IMG/VR virus record: IMGVR_UViG_3300020045_010441
Coordinates: 1-32,651 of that record
Length of the DNA stretch: 32,651 nt
Source: a virus
Lineage: Duplodnaviria > Caudoviricetes
Direction: 5' to 3' (one strand)
Both the position numbers and the translations under genes were made by a program. The notes under the pieces were generated by a model. It did no database searches. It saw only the letters and a program-made list of their open reading frames with translations, and was not told where the DNA came from. Shown piece by piece: positions 24,185-32,651 of the stretch (the stretch's first letter is position 1; every line of letters begins with the position of its first letter).

Positions 24185-24730
24185 ATGAGTAATGAAATCT
24201 TTACACAAATCAAAGAAGCACCGCAGAAAAAGCTTGAAAAAGCAGCGCCTTTATTCTGGTCAAGATTTGAAGTCGCTCATCACGTTGTTAAAAAAAATAA
24301 TCGAGAAATCCATGGTCGGGGGTCAAGAAAGTGGATTGGCAAAAGTCCAGGTCTCAGAATCGCCGAAGACTTACTCACTCTTAAATTACGAAATAGAGCC
24401 AGAGAACTTTTACTTTATAAGCCCCTCGACTGCCGACTGTGGGCAATGCTTCTCTTTTATTTCCCAAGAGAATTATTTTTGACTAAAAAAGGCGACATAA
24501 GTCTAAAACTTCCAGACCTTGATAACCTATTTTGCTTGCCTCTCGATTGCCTCCAAAAAAGCGGTATAATCAAAAATGACTCGCTTGTTTCTTCATTTGA
24601 TTTAAGTCGAAGGCTTATTTCACCAAGCGGGAAATGCGAGCTTGAAATTTTCTTGCTCCCTTTTGATGAGGTATTTGAGAATGACAAACGAACCAATCCT
24701 TCTAGCTCTGGGTCTTGTCTTACTTCGTGA
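24185..24730 (+). CDS. rusA: RusA-family Holliday junction resolvase
   Basis: PDLDNL...DCLQKSGIIKNDSLV; GGGGG SD. Confidence 0.78.
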   Translation: MSNEIFTQIKEAPQKKLEKAAPLFWSRFEVAHHVVKKNNREIHGRGSRKWIGKSPGLRIAEDLLTLKLRNRARELLLYKPLDCRLWAMLLFYFPRELFLTKKGDISLKLPDLDNLFCLPLDCLQKSGIIKNDSLVSSFDLSRRLISPSGKCELEIFLLPFDEVFENDKRTNPSSSGSCLTS

Positions 24731-24968
24731 AGTGGTAAGCTTCTTCACCAATCGGCATAGCAAGTTAATAGACACAGTTGCGCTTAACTCCCAAGAAATA
24801 TCAGAGCTAAAAGTTGAAATGAGAAACGTGTGCGAAGAATTAAAAAGCTTTCACGCAATAATGGAAGAAGTTGACTCACTAAGGCGAGACTTTGGTTACT
24901 GTCAGTTTAGGCATGGGAAAAGCCTAATTAAGAGCAATGCCCGCAATAATGCCGCCGAAAAAAATTAG
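24681..24968 (+). CDS. N-terminal transmembrane plus coiled-coil protein (start corrected to ATG 24681)
   Basis: GAGG SD before MTNEPILLALGLVLLREVVSFF; heptad-rich remainder. Confidence 0.65.
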   Translation: MTNEPILLALGLVLLREVVSFFTNRHSKLIDTVALNSQEISELKVEMRNVCEELKSFHAIMEEVDSLRRDFGYCQFRHGKSLIKSNARNNAAEKN

Positions 24969-25274
24969 CGTGTAGGTCTGCCACTCTGGAGTTTGCACCG
25001 TAGGCATTGGCCTTGAATAATTTGAATCTAAAAGTTTTTGGTATCTTTCCAAGTCATTTTGATAGCTGCGATAAGTGTCTTCTGGTACCAACACCCCAGA
25101 GAAAGGCGCAACTTGCCCAGCTTCAATGATCTCGCTTTTCTGAAAGCTTGCGGTCGCGCTCATTGGCAGCATTAACAACATCGCCAAGATTACGATTGCC
25201 AGAAAAATCAAACTGCGACAATTGGTCAAGTAAAATTCTTTTCTTCTCATCGTTTGCAAGCCTTCTATAGTCAC
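24924..25274 (-). CDS. secreted/membrane lysis-accessory protein (spanin-like position); start uncertain
   Basis: Signal peptide ...MLPMSATA, GQVAPFSGVLVP, C-terminal hydrophobic helix. Confidence 0.6.
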   Translation of the reverse strand: MTIEGLQTMRRKEFYLTNCRSLIFLAIVILAMLLMLPMSATASFQKSEIIEAGQVAPFSGVLVPEDTYRSYQNDLERYQKLLDSNYSRPMPTVQTPEWQTYTLIFFGGIIAGIALN

Positions 25275-25380
25275 GAACTGAAACTAACCCAAATATAGCG
25301 GCAAGAGCGCCAAGAATCAAAAAAATAATGTTTAAGCTATTTGCGGGGCCCATACTTCTTCGATGCAATGTTGACGCCAA
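25123..25380 (-). CDS. N-terminal transmembrane protein (i-spanin-like); start may be ATG 25353
   Basis: IIFLILGALAAIFGLVSV followed by a charged helix; overlaps the next gene extensively. Confidence 0.55.
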   Translation of the reverse strand: MASTLHRRSMGPANSLNIIFLILGALAAIFGLVSVRDYRRLANDEKKRILLDQLSQFDFSGNRNLGDVVNAANERDRKLSEKRDH

Positions 25381-25621
25381 AATAAATTGCTCCGAGAGAG
25401 CTTACTGAAGCAAGCACTGTTAGCGTGACTGAATCGCTTATTTTTGCGTTAGCAAATAGTATCGGTGTTCCGATGTTGATTAGTGCAAGCGCTGCTAGTG
25501 CAATGATTTTTCGGCCTCCCCGGAGCGTTCTCATCCCTTTATTATCGGCGTTATTTTCACAAATAGCACCGCGACTAGGGTCTAAAAAAGCGCCCTGTTT
25601 CCTTCGGCGTTTTGTTGTCAA
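25337..25621 (-). CDS. putative holin (two transmembrane helices); start uncertain
   Basis: GGRKIIALAALALINIG...VLASVSSLGAIYFGVNIASKK directly after the endolysin. Confidence 0.65.
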   Translation of the reverse strand: MTTKRRRKQGAFLDPSRGAICENNADNKGMRTLRGGRKIIALAALALINIGTPILFANAKISDSVTLTVLASVSSLGAIYFGVNIASKKYGPRK

Positions 25622-25985
25622 TATGCACCCACTCGGCTTTAGGTAAGTTTTCGCACCTGATTTCTAATTCTACTAGCTTCGGCTGTAAAACCTCACGGAT
25701 TAAATCGCATTTAATACCTTCAATTTTAAAATCAACTGCCCCGCCCCTAATATGCTGCGAATTAACCTTCCCACCAATTAGCGTGTTGTAAGGCTCGCAG
25801 CGTAACCATGAGTTTATGGTAATGGGCTTGTCGAAATAGCCTTTTATGATTTGAAGCTTCTTTGCAATGTCTTCGATGTTCTTTTTTTGTTCTGACGTTG
25901 GCCAAATGTGGACGCCCCACTTTGGATGCCAAAGAGCGTGGGCAAATGACCACTCTGTATTTGCAATCTTGTCGGTTAATTCCAC
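25575..25985 (-). CDS. endolysin, peptidase M15A family
   Basis: ITINSWLRC..YN..IGG..NSQHIRGGAVDF...WVHID zinc-peptidase motifs. Confidence 0.9.
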   Translation of the reverse strand: MELTDKIANTEWSFAHALWHPKWGVHIWPTSEQKKNIEDIAKKLQIIKGYFDKPITINSWLRCEPYNTLIGGKVNSQHIRGGAVDFKIEGIKCDLIREVLQPKLVELEIRCENLPKAEWVHIDNKTPKETGRFFRP

Positions 25986-27587
25986 TTATTTCTTCTTTGG
26001 CTTGGTTGGTTTTTTTGTTTCTTGTGGCCCATCCCATGCTTCCAAGTCCCTTTTTGCTTGTGCTGAAAGCTGGTCTAGTTTTCCAGGCTTCGACTTTGAC
26101 TTGATCGAATCAATTCTCTGCTCGACCAGCAGACCACTCTTTGTCATTGCCTCGGCGTTCTTCTTAATCCCAGCAATTGTTTCTTTCACGACGTTTGGGT
26201 CTCTTAGGTTTATGCCTGTTAATCCCCCAACGCTCTTGCCCCTATCATCCCTTAGAAGCATTTCTTCTAGCTCCCTGTCAGAAGGCAACACAAGGCTAAC
26301 GTCATGCCCAGCTTTTTTAAGCTTTTCATAAGCCGCAACCACTCTCTTGCTTGAAGTATTTCCAGGGGCTAAAATTCTAAGAAGCGGGTCATCCCCACCA
26401 GTGGGAAGTTGCAAATTAATCTTTGAGTTCTTTGGAATCAGCTCCATATAATCATCACGCGCAATTAAGTCAGAGCCAGTAGTGATCTCTGGCGCTTGAC
26501 CAGCATCTCGGTATTTCTGCAAGAGCTTTTTTGTTGCTCCAAATTTTGAGTCAGCCCATTGAAAAGGGTCAGAGCCAAATTGTAGCATTGGTTTTTCAGA
26601 CCCAATTTTGCCAGTAATCGGAGCGTTGTAATTCGGAAACGCAAAGGGAGCTTCTGACTTCCCAGACTTTCCAATGTGAGAAAGGTAAGGCTCTGGCCCA
26701 CCTTGAGCTTTGATGATTCGTTTTGTCATATTTGATTGGTCTTTGCCAAATCTATCCACAAGACTATTTAGGTTTTCCAAATCTTCGGCAGAATAAATTG
26801 CCATTTTGTCCAACTTTGCAACTTCAGGATGGAGTGATTTGAGGTCAATTTTTTTAGGGCCTTGGTCTTTGCCGATTCTGCCAATAACTTCGCCAGGCTT
26901 AACTCCTTGATTTTGTCGCCCAATCGCCGCGCCCATATCAGCATTTGCTTTATTAAGGCCAGCATATCTCTCGGCCATGTTAGTGAGTTGATCGGTTTTG
27001 CCCATTTTAATAATGTTATCAGGCGGCGGGGTGTTTATTTCTTTGAATTTTGCCCTAGCTTCTGCAAGCTGTTCCGGGGTTGTTTTAATATCAAAAACAT
27101 CGTCTGAAATTGTTTCAACCGGAGGCAGCTTTGCGCCCTTATCTACACCCGGAACTGCTGGCCTTTTCTTCCAACTTTCTTCATAGGCATTGTGTGCTGC
27201 TTCGGCTTTGTCTGATAAATAACCGCGCTTACCTGGGTCAAATTGAGCAACTTCACCACTCGGCTCTGCTTCACCCCACAAGCTCTTTGCTCTGTTTTTC
27301 AAAGCATCGCCCACTTTTGATTCTCTTGCCGCAGCAAGATCAACAACATTACTAGGCCCTTGCTTGATTGCGCCAGCCATTCCAGCAGCAAGTAAACCCA
27401 TTTCTTCTTGAGCCGGGGAAAGCATCATTTCAGGCTTAATGCCAAACGAAGCTTGCTGCTTGTATGACTCTGACTCTGGGTCTAGTTCTTGTTTTTCAAA
27501 AGGCGCAGAAAGTCTTTTTGAAATTTCCCGAAGCCTAGCTTGTCGCAATTCGTCGGTAGTTGTTTCTGGTTTTATGTCATCTCTCAT
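25986..27587 (-). CDS. probable ejection/internal virion protein containing a degenerate radical SAM-like segment
   Basis: 533 aa, no Cys, last gene of the ejection cluster. Contains SDPFQW..K...TKKLL...ITTGSDLIARDDY...LRILAPGNTSSKR...KLKKAG. Confidence 0.7.
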   Translation of the reverse strand: MRDDIKPETTTDELRQARLREISKRLSAPFEKQELDPESESYKQQASFGIKPEMMLSPAQEEMGLLAAGMAGAIKQGPSNVVDLAAARESKVGDALKNRAKSLWGEAEPSGEVAQFDPGKRGYLSDKAEAAHNAYEESWKKRPAVPGVDKGAKLPPVETISDDVFDIKTTPEQLAEARAKFKEINTPPPDNIIKMGKTDQLTNMAERYAGLNKANADMGAAIGRQNQGVKPGEVIGRIGKDQGPKKIDLKSLHPEVAKLDKMAIYSAEDLENLNSLVDRFGKDQSNMTKRIIKAQGGPEPYLSHIGKSGKSEAPFAFPNYNAPITGKIGSEKPMLQFGSDPFQWADSKFGATKKLLQKYRDAGQAPEITTGSDLIARDDYMELIPKNSKINLQLPTGGDDPLLRILAPGNTSSKRVVAAYEKLKKAGHDVSLVLPSDRELEEMLLRDDRGKSVGGLTGINLRDPNVVKETIAGIKKNAEAMTKSGLLVEQRIDSIKSKSKPGKLDQLSAQAKRDLEAWDGPQETKKPTKPKKK

Positions 27588-29307
27588 TTTTCACCCCCAG
27601 TAATCCCCCGGCGGCTCGCTCGCCCATTCTCACAAGCCCCCGACCAGTTGGAAACCCAACAAGATCAACTGCATTTGCATTTTCAAGACCTTGCCACGCC
27701 TCACTCGAAGAATACTTGGCAAACTGCGCTGCTCTTTTTAGTTCGTTAAACCAATGCCCAGCGCCAAGATAAGAACCAACTTCAATCCCTTGGGGTGTAC
27801 CACTTGGCCCAATCTTTTCGGGAATTGCGTTTTGTAGTGTTCTCAAGTTTCTTATTGTTTCAGGCGCGTCTTCACCTAAAACCAACTTCTGCGTTCTTGA
27901 GTCGAGGCCCTCTACAGACTTTAAAAACTTAGAAATAGAAGTTTTCTCGCCAACCCTAGACTGCGCTTGTATTTCTTTTAGCTTTAAGCTTTTCAAAATA
28001 TCAAATTCCTCTGGGAATTTCTCTTGCATGAATTTCAATGATTCGTAATCTTGTGTTTTAAACAGCTTCCCAGAAATTGCTTCGCTTGGAGTTTTTTCTA
28101 GCTTATCGAGAAATTTAGTTATTGATCGGGCCTTGCCCAGACCGCCACGCCTTGCTGTTTCCCCGATGTCTTGCATCAATGAGCCGTATTCTTTATTGGC
28201 AGACTTCAATTCACTAACCATATTTTTTGCTATCTTCGCGCCTTCGTTCGGCGTTCTAGCAGACTCGATTGCTGATCTCATTATTGAATTGCTCTCAAGT
28301 CTTTTTAGCTTTCCGTAAGCATCGCTTACAAGCTGGCGCTCTGGGCCAGTGTAGCCTTCAATTGATTTTCCAACGTAGGTTTTTAATCTTCTCAAGTCAT
28401 CAAGCGATTGCACGGCTTTCAAGTCGTTAGCAATTCCAGCCGCAAGCTGCCTTCCCCCGCCAGTGCTGAATTTTGCAAAGTCGTGGCCTAAGATATTATT
28501 TGAAACTCGCTCAAGACTTTTTGCGCCAATCGGTATTGCTTTGAAATCGCCAGCCATTGACTCATAGGCCATTTTTGCTGGAGCAAGCCTCTCGCCTATT
28601 TTGGCCGTAATCCCAGACTTAACAATGTCACCGACCTCACCGCGCTCTAGTCCTGTCGCACCTTTTGTTAGTCTCTCTGCGGCTTTTGTCATTGGGCCAT
28701 GAACTGCGCCAATTCTCGACCTAACGCCAGCGCCCGCAATGGTTGGCGACTGATAAAGCGAGCTTTCTAGCATTTGAATCTCTGGCTCTGCGCTCATCAT
28801 TCCAGGCGTTGCTTTTCCACCTAGCTTTTCAGCAGCGGCAGCAATAGCTTGCGAGTTAGGCTTTTGTTTTGCAGCAAGGAGCCCTCCCCATGCTTTGCCC
28901 GCGAGCTTTCCAATCCCCTCGCCCGCTGCCATTTCTGCGCCAGACTTTATCGGCTCAAGATAAACTTCTTCGCGCGTTTTTTCATCACCAAGAAGGCCCT
29001 CGCCAAATGTTTGAATTGATTTCCCAAGAGCGCCGCCAATCGCAGCGCCGGGCATTGCTCCGACTCCGATTGTGCCCATGCCCCCCAAGATACCGCCAGC
29101 CATACCGCCAGCAAGCGGCAAAGCCCGAAGCGTTCCGCGGACAAGCCCTTCGCCAGTGAAGGGCTCTCTTTGACTTTTTTGCTTTGTGGCCAGTGCTGCG
29201 TCAAGCTCTTGGTCGCTCATTTCATCAAGCGGCTTTCCGTACTTCTGTTTTTCTGCAAGCATCCTATCAAGCTCTGCGTCTGATAGCTGCGAATAGTCAC
29301 GCGCCAT
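27577..29307 (-). CDS. DNA ejection (injection) protein
   Basis: 576 aa, paired SDxELD N-terminal repeats, glycine-zipper hydrophobic segment, GPSGTP near the C-terminus. Confidence 0.7.
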   Translation of the reverse strand: MARDYSQLSDAELDRMLAEKQKYGKPLDEMSDQELDAALATKQKSQREPFTGEGLVRGTLRALPLAGGMAGGILGGMGTIGVGAMPGAAIGGALGKSIQTFGEGLLGDEKTREEVYLEPIKSGAEMAAGEGIGKLAGKAWGGLLAAKQKPNSQAIAAAAEKLGGKATPGMMSAEPEIQMLESSLYQSPTIAGAGVRSRIGAVHGPMTKAAERLTKGATGLERGEVGDIVKSGITAKIGERLAPAKMAYESMAGDFKAIPIGAKSLERVSNNILGHDFAKFSTGGGRQLAAGIANDLKAVQSLDDLRRLKTYVGKSIEGYTGPERQLVSDAYGKLKRLESNSIMRSAIESARTPNEGAKIAKNMVSELKSANKEYGSLMQDIGETARRGGLGKARSITKFLDKLEKTPSEAISGKLFKTQDYESLKFMQEKFPEEFDILKSLKLKEIQAQSRVGEKTSISKFLKSVEGLDSRTQKLVLGEDAPETIRNLRTLQNAIPEKIGPSGTPQGIEVGSYLGAGHWFNELKRAAQFAKYSSSEAWQGLENANAVDLVGFPTGRGLVRMGERAAGGLLGVKNER

Positions 29308-30131
29308 TAACCACCTCGAAGCATTTTAATTTTTTGCTCTCTTGTTGGCCCACCGCTTCTATTAATCAACCCGCGAGAAGGCGCAACTTCTTCAACTTCT
29401 AAATCGCTTTTGATATATTCTGGGTCAACGCCAGACTTGGTTGCTAGATTTGAATATCTCGCGTCAACTTGTTTTTTCAGCTTCTTTTGACTTTCATAAA
29501 TTGCTTTGGCTTGAGAAATAAATCCCGCTCTTTGTTGCTGGCTTAGTTTTTCGCCGTCCTTTGCTTTGTTATACAAAGCCCGAACTGTGTCAGGTACGCC
29601 CCTTGTATTTTCAGCAGAGGCATACTCACCCTCTCTTACTGTAGAGTTGGGGTCTTGGATTTTCATAAATCCGTAAATTAAGGACATATCAGCTTGCGGT
29701 CGCGCCGGGTCTTTTTCTGGTATTGCTGCGGTTTGTGCAATCTTGCCATAGGCCTCAGACAGTAAATTAAAATTCTTAACGACTGGCTGGTTTTCTTTTT
29801 CTTTTCTAAGACTCATGCCCGCAGCAACTGCGTCCCTCTCGTCTTTTTTTCTGTCTCTTTCCTCTCTGTATCCAATAAGTCCGCGCTTGTATTCTTGGTC
29901 AAATTCGCGCTTTTGTTTTGCAAGCGGTGTTTCTTCAAAAGAAACTTCCTCACCTTCGCCCGGTAATTCTTGAAGTCCCTTATCGGCAAGACTAGCTTGA
30001 TAAAGCTTTTTGTCCATTGCCTGTTTTTGAAGCTGTAATTCTCTGTCTTGTTTTAATTTCTTCGCATCAGAGTAAGAGCTAACACCTTGCTTTAGTCCCT
30101 CGCCTAGCGCTCCGAGTAGTCCGTAATCCAT
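29307..30131 (-). CDS. DNA ejection/internal virion protein
   Basis: GLLGALGEGLKQG start and DMSLIYGFMKIQDPNSTVREGEYA motif, typical of podophage ejection proteins. Confidence 0.7.
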   Translation of the reverse strand: MDYGLLGALGEGLKQGVSSYSDAKKLKQDRELQLQKQAMDKKLYQASLADKGLQELPGEGEEVSFEETPLAKQKREFDQEYKRGLIGYREERDRKKDERDAVAAGMSLRKEKENQPVVKNFNLLSEAYGKIAQTAAIPEKDPARPQADMSLIYGFMKIQDPNSTVREGEYASAENTRGVPDTVRALYNKAKDGEKLSQQQRAGFISQAKAIYESQKKLKKQVDARYSNLATKSGVDPEYIKSDLEVEEVAPSRGLINRSGGPTREQKIKMLRGG

Positions 30132-30139
30132 TATTCCCC

Positions 30140-30964
30140 CTAAGCTGGATGAGTTACATCATTATAAGCATATCGACCGCGATTGTAGTCCGCTGCTGGG
30201 TCGCCCATGCTTGCAGCGCCATAGCCGCCACGAGTATCACCAAAACCGCCCGCCATAATTTGCGGCGCTTCTGTTTGTTGTTGCTTCTGAAAACTGCGAC
30301 CGCCAACAAAAGAACCAACGCCAGCACCAACGCCGCCCAGAACTGCGCTCAATACAGCAGCGCGAGCAGCTTCAGCATTTGCTTCAGCCGTCATCAGCCT
30401 TTGCATATTTGCAGTTGCCACGTTTTGCATTGCATATTTAGCGGTAAAAGCTTTGTTCAAGACGTTGCCTTTTTGCATTGCTGCGTCAAGCCCCGATTGA
30501 GATTGAAGCCCCTGCAATCCACGCCCCAAAGCCACCTGTGCTCTACGCTGAATTGCTGCGTCCATTGGGTCTTGAGTTGGGAGCACTGGCCCGCCGCCGA
30601 TGATTCCCCGACCAGCTTCACCAACGCCACTCATCTTCTCAGCTTGCAATTGCTCTGGCGTCATTTGCCCGCGCTGTACCATTTCTTGAGCAAATTGTTT
30701 TGTGCCTGGGTCAATGTCTACAACGCCCTGTTTCGGAGCTTCACCCACAAGAGCATCTTCAGCTTGTTCAACAAGCCCAGCGACAGGATTGTCACCACTA
30801 ATTGCACCCGCAGTCATGCCAGCCATGCCAAGCACAGGGCTTGCTAGAAGTCCAAGGTTAGCAGAGGGGCTTGTCACTTGCCTTTGAATGTTTCTAGCTA
30901 AATTCTCTGGAGTCGGTAGCGAAGTTCTGCGCCTGATCTGGTCTGGGTTAATATCTTCAAACAT
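30140..30964 (-). CDS. Gly/Ala/Gln-rich ejection/pilot protein
   Basis: 274 aa with glycine-rich hydrophobic segments, in the ejection cluster. Confidence 0.65.
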   Translation of the reverse strand: MFEDINPDQIRRRTSLPTPENLARNIQRQVTSPSANLGLLASPVLGMAGMTAGAISGDNPVAGLVEQAEDALVGEAPKQGVVDIDPGTKQFAQEMVQRGQMTPEQLQAEKMSGVGEAGRGIIGGGPVLPTQDPMDAAIQRRAQVALGRGLQGLQSQSGLDAAMQKGNVLNKAFTAKYAMQNVATANMQRLMTAEANAEAARAAVLSAVLGGVGAGVGSFVGGRSFQKQQQTEAPQIMAGGFGDTRGGYGAASMGDPAADYNRGRYAYNDVTHPA

Positions 30965-31504
30965 TTATAATCCCCCCGCAAGCAACTTGCCGCCGATTGT
31001 ACCGATAGCGCCAAGCCCAGAGCCAATCGCAGCGTTTCTGCCTTGATAGTTTGCAAGCGCTCTATTATAAAGAATATCTTGAATTGCTTGCTGGCCCGCC
31101 TGAATATCAAGCCCAGCTTTTAAGGCTTGCTGGTCAAATTGGTCAGCAGCGCCGCCAAAGGATTGATTTATTTCTGCTCGCTTATTCTGCAACGCTTGTG
31201 CTGTTTGAGATTGCGCGTCTGCTTCAGCGCCTTGTCTTAAACCAGAATATAAAAGCCCGCGTCTATTTGCTGATGTTTTTATTTGACCCATTTGCCTTGC
31301 AAGCCCGACCTTTGCTTGTTGCTCAATCGGGTTAAAAGCTTGTTGCTCATAGCCGCCGATGTTAGCGCGAAATTGCTTTGCATAATCTTGTTGCTGCTTT
31401 GCCAAGTCTTCTTGTGTGGTGTCTACGCCGCCCGGAGCTTGAACTTGCCCGGGCTGGCTAACTGGCATTGTGGAAATTGGGTTATTCGGGTCTTGTGCTT
31501 TCAT
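30965..31504 (-). CDS. Gln/Ala-rich ejection/pilot protein
   Basis: ANRRGLLYSG motif and C-terminal glycine zipper; GAGGTG SD. Confidence 0.68.
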   Translation of the reverse strand: MKAQDPNNPISTMPVSQPGQVQAPGGVDTTQEDLAKQQQDYAKQFRANIGGYEQQAFNPIEQQAKVGLARQMGQIKTSANRRGLLYSGLRQGAEADAQSQTAQALQNKRAEINQSFGGAADQFDQQALKAGLDIQAGQQAIQDILYNRALANYQGRNAAIGSGLGAIGTIGGKLLAGGL

Positions 31505-31513
31505 AAAATCACC

Positions 31514-31849
31514 TCAATAAAATAAAATCTTTGCAGTTCCGACTTGCGAAGCTCTAAGCCAAATCACGGAGCTAGTTGTTGCTTGGTTCCCATCATAAAG
31601 TCCAAAATCAACGCTTGAGCCTACCTTGATATATCCATTAGGCAACCGCCCAAGACCATGAAACACAGCTTGTTCGGTGTCTGATCTCTGAAAATAAACT
31701 GTGACCTCAGTTGTTCTAATGTTTTGCCCAAATTCCACGTTGCCATTTAAAACGTCTGTGATGTTAGTCAGCCAAGAATTAATAAACCTTTTCACTTCTT
31801 CAAGCGTTGTTAAGTTCTGAATTTCTACTGCTCGCTTAATCTTTGCCAT
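31514..31849 (-). CDS. small tail-associated protein
   Basis: 111 aa, LNGNVEFGQNI and HGLGRLPNGY; start overlaps the upstream stop. Confidence 0.68.
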   Translation of the reverse strand: MAKIKRAVEIQNLTTLEEVKRFINSWLTNITDVLNGNVEFGQNIRTTEVTVYFQRSDTEQAVFHGLGRLPNGYIKVGSSVDFGLYDGNQATTSSVIWLRASQVGTAKILFY

Positions 31850-32651
31850 TATTCACTAACACTTTCCATGCGCTGAAAGCGATGCTCTAGGGTTATTCCA
31901 TGAAGCTTTAAGGTATCAACTGCAGAGTAATTGGTAATTTGCAAAGCCAAAGATGTTGCAGAAATTCCAAAGTCAATTCTCGACTGATAGGGGCTTTGAT
32001 ACATTGTGCGAGAAAGCGAAGCGCCTGAATTATAGTCAGAGAAAAACTCAATTGTTAGTGCGCCAGTTGAACCTGTCACTGGGTCAACATTTAGGAAAAG
32101 CCTTCGATATTGCTTTTGTACTGACTTTCCAAGCTCTGCGAAGAATCTTGTCTTGACTAGTGTTGTGATGCCTTGACCATTGTCGCCAGTGAAGCTTGCG
32201 CCGAAGTTGTGAATCATCCCAGAGTAATCAGCGTAAAATCCTGTTTTGTTTGTTAGCCTTCCGGTCGCATTGCCCAAAATGCCAGGATTGAAGCCCTTAA
32301 ATGTTGTGAAAGCATCGGCCAAATAGTCATAAACAACGGTAAAGTTGTTGATTGTCGAACCATCAACCGGAATGCCGAACCAAACTTCGTTTCTTTGTCT
32401 AAAATGAATCGCAGTTGCGTTTTGAATTGCTGCCGAAATGTTCATTCTATCAAAAATTGGTTGAATCTTGTTAGACATTATTTTTACGTTTGCGCCGTTG
32501 TAAATCGCAATGCCTTTTTCATCTAAGAAAAGACAGGTTTGCTCAAACACCACAACGGCCCGATTGCTCAAACATCCGTATTCTGCTGAAATCTCATCAA
32601 GGGTAAGGTTTTCAACCGAATCGCCCATGATTCTATGAAATGAGTGACGCT
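31849..32651 (-). CDS. tail stabilisation / nozzle protein (P22 gp10-like), C-terminal part
   Basis: Beta-propeller-like segments (GCLSNRAV, LFLDEKGIAIYNG, VVYDY, VKTRFF...KQYRRL). Frame stays open to the right edge (RHSFHRI before MGDS). Confidence 0.75.
   Translation of the reverse strand, partial: RHSFHRIMGDSVENLTLDEISAEYGCLSNRAVVVFEQTCLFLDEKGIAIYNGANVKIMSNKIQPIFDRMNISAAIQNATAIHFRQRNEVWFGIPVDGSTINNFTVVYDYLADAFTTFKGFNPGILGNATGRLTNKTGFYADYSGMIHNFGASFTGDNGQGITTLVKTRFFAELGKSVQKQYRRLFLNVDPVTGSTGALTIEFFSDYNSGASLSRTMYQSPYQSRIDFGISATSLALQITNYSAVDTLKLHGITLEHRFQRMESVSE

Larger units (their letters stand above)
1..32651. mobile_element. Caudoviricetes (podovirus-like) phage genome segment, probably near-complete
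   Basis: Portal, scaffold and capsid genes, terminase, tail fibre, ejection proteins, endolysin and replication genes are densely packed with many overlapping stop/start codons. No tape measure, sheath or host housekeeping genes. Confidence 0.96.

Noticed and set aside
30149-30847. 232-aa plus-strand ORF and other antisense ORFs (e.g. 202-417, 3976-4308, 22904-23281, 25867-26331)
   Set aside because: Shadow frames opposite well-supported minus-strand genes, with no motifs or SD support.
1-32651. Stop-codon reassignment as the cause of gene fragmentation
   Set aside because: Long intact ORFs tile the window in code 11, and TAA, TAG and TGA all end genes at tight junctions.
1-32651. tRNA genes, CRISPR array, diversity-generating retroelement, integrase
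   Set aside because: Intergenic gaps are short and show no cloverleaf or repeat-spacer pattern by eye. No reverse transcriptase or recombinase motifs. A tRNA/covariance scan was not run.

Overview
The window is most of a tailed (podovirus-like, P22-type morphogenesis) bacteriophage genome, read in standard code 11 and almost entirely on the minus strand. Both edges cut open virion genes. In transcription order (right to left) it holds: tail-stabilisation and ejection proteins (32651-25986); a lysis cassette with an M15A peptidase (25985-24924); a short plus-strand block (HNH, RusA, membrane protein; 23696-24968); recombination and replication genes (Gp157, Rad52/Sak-like annealing protein, initiator, helicase-loader-like; 23535-20214); small accessory ORFs, a lipoprotein, a metallophosphoesterase, an HNH-like protein, a methyltransferase, a ParB-like protein and TerS; an inverted GT2 glycosyltransferase; then packaging and head genes (portal, scaffold, major capsid, two paralogous decoration-like genes, a C1q-like gene). 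Two features stand out. (1) The terminase large subunit is split into two genes (ATPase core 12296-~13033; lid plus nuclease 6847-7653) separated by a 4.6 kb five-gene tail-fibre cassette, with no intron or intein signature. (2) A cysteine-free probable ejection protein (25986-27587) carries a recognisable piece of a spore-photoproduct-lyase-like (PA0069/Rv2578c) radical SAM domain that lacks the CxxxCxxC motif. No integrase, repressor, DNA polymerase, tRNA or CRISPR array was seen. All family calls come from motif recognition by eye; no searches were run.
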